Origin: an uncultured Clostridia bacterium
GTDB lineage: Bacteria > Bacillota > Clostridia > TANB77 > CAG-508
Reading direction: 5' to 3'
Length of the DNA stretch: 64,000 bases
Assembly (NCBI GenBank): GCA_934149275.1
Contig: CAKPEG010000006.1
Location: forward strand, 8,001-72,000
Both the position numbers and the translations under genes were made by a program. This document shows, one piece after another, positions 61,146-64,000 of the stretch (the stretch's first letter is position 1; each line of letters opens with the position of its first letter). The notes under the pieces were generated by a model, which was given only the letters and a program-made list of their open reading frames with translations, was not told the DNA's origin and did not search any database.

Positions 61146-61186
61146 TTTAAATATTTCCTCTCGTAATTAATTTCTCAACATTATAT

Positions 61187-61615
61187 TTATTTCGTATTAT
61201 CACTATTCCAAACCATACCTGCACCAAGACTTTCATTAGGCCTACCAACAAAACCGAACTTCTCATAAAAGCCTTCTTTTCCCTTAGAAGCTCCCAAATA
61301 AACTCTTATACTTGGATTCACTCTTCTATACTCATTAACTTTATCTAAAAGCTTATTCATTATACCTGTTCCAATTCCAATACCCTGATACTCTGGTCGA
61401 ACCATTACATCATGTATATGCAAAAATATTGTTTTATCACCAATAATTCTTCCATAACCAATCAATTTATCCTCATCATACGCACAAGTAGAATATAATG
61501 TGTATTTTAAAGCTTCTTCTACAATAGCATTTTCACGTCTTCCCCAGCCAACCGCTTCTGTAAGTTGATTAAACTCATTTACAGTTGGAGTTTTATTGAT
61601 ATATTTAATTTGCAT
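61187..61615 (-). CDS. GNAT family N-acetyltransferase
   Basis: Motif A region VRPEYQGIGIGTGIMNKL. Start at MQIKYI with RBS AGGAG. The track extends to 61669. Confidence 0.8.
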   Translation of the reverse strand: MQIKYINKTPTVNEFNQLTEAVGWGRRENAIVEEALKYTLYSTCAYDEDKLIGYGRIIGDKTIFLHIHDVMVRPEYQGIGIGTGIMNKLLDKVNEYRRVNPSIRVYLGASKGKEGFYEKFGFVGRPNESLGAGMVWNSDNTK

Positions 61616-61672
61616 AAATTGTCTCCTATATTTTATTATTATAATTCTTAAATCTAAAACTTCTCGCAAAGA

Positions 61673-62251
61673 TTAACTATTTAAATTATTTTGACTTCTA
61701 TACAGCTCCTTGACCACAGTCCTAACAAGTCCATCTAAATATGATGTCGAAGTAAATTCATTATAATATGAATCCTCATACTTTCCACTCACCTTAAATC
61801 GATACTCATTCATATTTGGATTATCAGATTTAATCACTTTATAATCCAAATCTAAATATTCCTTCAATAACACATCACAAATACTAGTTAATTCATTAAG
61901 ATTCTCTTCTTTTACAAAAGCATTATTTTCCTGAACCACTCTATACTGCTCAAGCAAATCTTTAATTTGCTTAAAACTAACCTTCTCACCTTTCAAATTG
62001 ACTATATACTTATCATCATTACTATATGTTTCAATTTTATGCTTAGGAATAATCTCGCCAGTCCAATTATCATATTGAATATTGTCCATATGTCCGGAAT
62101 ATCCGTACTGCTGATATTTTTTATCAAGTCTTTTTGACTCTGAAAATGCAAAAATTCCTATTGCAATTAAACATACAATAATTATTCCTCTTAATTCATA
62201 TACAATATAAAACTTACTAAATTTAGATAACCAATTTTTATTTTTCAACAC
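61673..62251 (-). CDS. N-terminally anchored hypothetical protein
   Basis: 192-aa ORF with a TM helix near the N-terminus. It is closely followed by the GNAT gene. Confidence 0.45.
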   Translation of the reverse strand: MLKNKNWLSKFSKFYIVYELRGIIIVCLIAIGIFAFSESKRLDKKYQQYGYSGHMDNIQYDNWTGEIIPKHKIETYSNDDKYIVNLKGEKVSFKQIKDLLEQYRVVQENNAFVKEENLNELTSICDVLLKEYLDLDYKVIKSDNPNMNEYRFKVSGKYEDSYYNEFTSTSYLDGLVRTVVKELYRSQNNLNS

Positions 62252-62619
62252 ACTTTCTTCCTTTTCAATTTTTATATGAACTCATTTGTATTTTATCACT
62301 AATTTAATGATTTAACCATATTTTATATATTCTTCTAATGTAAAATGCATCATAAAATTCTAAAATTGGTTATTTTTACATTTCTATAGACCTTCGGGTT
62401 ATGAGATGTGCTTGAAACGTTTATGTAATTTAGTGAAATCAAGGGTTTTAGCTGATATTTCAATAAAAATTGGGGAAATGGTTTTTAGAACATTTGTGCA
62501 TTTTTTTGAACTTTTTTGAGGTGTTTTCCCAAACTTTTCCCCAAGTGGTTTGATACACATGTTCGCAATAAAAATTAGATAAATGGGAAACCTAAAAATT
62601 TATTTTGGAGGTTTTAGAA

Positions 62620-62979
62620 ATGAATAATAAAATTACTTATCGTAGAGAAGGAGATTATTTTATTCCTGATTTAATTATGGAGAATTTTAACGAGGATTAT
62701 CGTATTGGAAAATATGTAAGGTTAAGGTTAAATTATATTAAAAATTATAAAAGAGGCTTATATACTGAATTAATGATAAATGGAACACTATCTAAACATT
62801 TAGCAGATATTGAGCAATCTGCTAATGAACGAGTTAATTTAATAATTAAGCAATTAGCTGAAGCTAAAAATATTAATGAAGATTTAAAGAGTCTTAATCA
62901 ACTTGCATGGGTTCAAGCTACGAACAATATTAAAAATAGAGCTGAAGAAATTGTTTATAATGAAATAATTTATGTGTAG
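62620..62979 (+). CDS. tnpV: TnpV-like protein (accessory protein of clostridial mobilisable/conjugative transposons)
   Basis: NKITYRREGDYFIPDL...GKYVRLRLNYIKNYKRGLYTELMINGTL..HLADIEQSANERV...AEEIVYNEIIY matches my memory of the TnpV family (Tn4451-type). RBS TTGGAGG. Confidence 0.65.
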   Translation: MNNKITYRREGDYFIPDLIMENFNEDYRIGKYVRLRLNYIKNYKRGLYTELMINGTLSKHLADIEQSANERVNLIIKQLAEAKNINEDLKSLNQLAWVQATNNIKNRAEEIVYNEIIYV

Positions 62980-62992
62980 GAGGATTTGAGAT

Positions 62993-63283
62993 ATGAGTTT
63001 TAGAGAAGTTAATGATGATATTTTGAAAGAGTGGTTATTATATAGAGAGGATGAGCTTTCTTCTCTTACTTGTGAGGAAGATAGAAAACATTGGGTTTAT
63101 TTTGATGAGATTTCTGATAAGATTTTGAATTCTATTCCTAAACAGAATAGGGATTTTGTAAAAAAGCAACTTAATGTTCTTGATGATAATTTTTTGGATT
63201 ATCTTGGTTATTGGAATGAGAAGTATTATAGAAATGGTTTTTGTGATGGAGTTCAGATAGTTATGGGATGTTTAGATAAATAG
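62993..63283 (+). CDS. hypothetical protein
   Basis: 96-aa ORF with RBS AGGAGG, 13 nt after tnpV. Confidence 0.5.
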   Translation: MSFREVNDDILKEWLLYREDELSSLTCEEDRKHWVYFDEISDKILNSIPKQNRDFVKKQLNVLDDNFLDYLGYWNEKYYRNGFCDGVQIVMGCLDK

Positions 63284-63286
63284 TTT

Positions 63287-63334
63287 AATTACACCGGTGC
63301 TACAAATTATAAAAATTGTAGCACCGGTGTAATT
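63287..63334. terminator. bidirectional terminator
   Basis: Perfect 18-bp stem aattacaccggtgctaca/tgtagcaccggtgtaatt followed by TTTT. Confidence 0.8.
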
Positions 63335-63344
63335 TTTATATCTA

Positions 63345-64000
63345 CTATTTCATTTTTTCTATTTCTTTAAGTAATGATGAGAAATTGTCAATTGTTGTAC
63401 TATCATACTTTTTTTCTTTACATTTAATTTTTGTAAGCATATCCGTGACATAATTATATTTTTTTTCTTTATAATCTGATTTTTTAAATCCAAACTTTTT
63501 TCTATCTTTATCTGAAAAAATATTTTCTATTTCAAAATTAATACTTTTGTCACATGTCTTTGAAGAATTAGCAAATATTACTTTATCTATAAAAGGACTA
63601 TTGGTATCCTCTAAACTCTGATATATTGATCTGCCTTTATCATCTTGATCTAGTAATATTACAAAATTGCATCCCCACCCAAACAATATGGCAGCTATTG
63701 AAGTAACGTCATTTGCTCCATTACTCGGAATTATTTTATATTTCATTTTATTATCAGTACTTTCACTATACCCTATTAAGCAATAATAATCTGTTATTCC
63801 CTCTGTAATAATATTACATTCTGAATCTGATGGTCCCATATCATACGCTGCATCACAACCTAATGCATATAAAATTGGAGTTATTGTATCATACCTACTT
63901 TTTTCATTAGTTGGTATAGTAGTAATTTTGTTATGTATATGACTATATCCGTCGTCATCTTTTATCAATGCCCTTATTGAAAGTAAATCCTCTTTATCTA
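63345..64000 (-). CDS. C-terminal part of a TOPRIM-domain (OLD-family-like) nuclease; the gene continues beyond the window edge
   Basis: The frame stays open to position 64000 upstream of the tracked TTG start. TOPRIM-like motifs are ITEGITDYY (Glu) and VILLDQDDKG (DxD). Confidence 0.5.
   Translation of the reverse strand, partial: DKEDLLSIRALIKDDDGYSHIHNKITTIPTNEKSRYDTITPILYALGCDAAYDMGPSDSECNIITEGITDYYCLIGYSESTDNKMKYKIIPSNGANDVTSIAAILFGWGCNFVILLDQDDKGRSIYQSLEDTNSPFIDKVIFANSSKTCDKSINFEIENIFSDKDRKKFGFKKSDYKEKKYNYVTDMLTKIKCKEKKYDSTTIDNFSSLLKEIEKMK

Overview
A 64 kb low-GC segment (about 30% GC from hand counts of sample lines) that looks like a Bacillota chromosome (Clostridia or Erysipelotrichia-like). 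Most genes lie on the minus strand. The backbone is housekeeping: guaB-guaA, tRNA-Gln, a gap-pgk-X-tpiA-gpmI glycolytic operon, a MacB-type ABC transporter, mtaB, mreB, mutS2, lexA, obg, trpS, glyQS, tsaC/ywlC, greA, a sortase with its substrate, aspS, mltG, an SPFH protein, nifS, DUF421/DUF4363, a glmU-like gene and dinB. There are no rRNA genes, no CRISPR array, no intact prophage and no transposase. The accessory or unusual content is of five kinds. (1) A MerR regulator is translationally coupled to a cytoplasmic VIT-vWA protein. It is followed by a membrane-protein/GNAT/ASCH cluster, a TnpV gene and an OLD/TOPRIM-type nuclease gene cut by the right window edge, which probably marks a mobile-element boundary. 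(2) A sigma/anti-sigma fusion with PepSY-like domains sits beside secreted PepSY-like proteins and a Spo0A_C-like orphan. (3) Two GC-rich islets are present, one carrying a Cys-rich 59-aa ORF that the ORF track misses. (4) At least four families of structured intergenic repeats occur. These include nested MITE-like palindromes and a three-hairpin module with compensatory base changes. Repeat expansions also sit inside the T-box leaders of glyQS and aspS. (5) A DnaA-box cluster lies upstream of the ywlC/tsaC homologue. All functional calls come from reading motifs in the translated ORFs, with no database search, so family names are recognition-level inferences. I did not find a clearly novel multi-gene system. 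The MerR/VIT-vWA module and the repeat families are the best candidates for follow-up.
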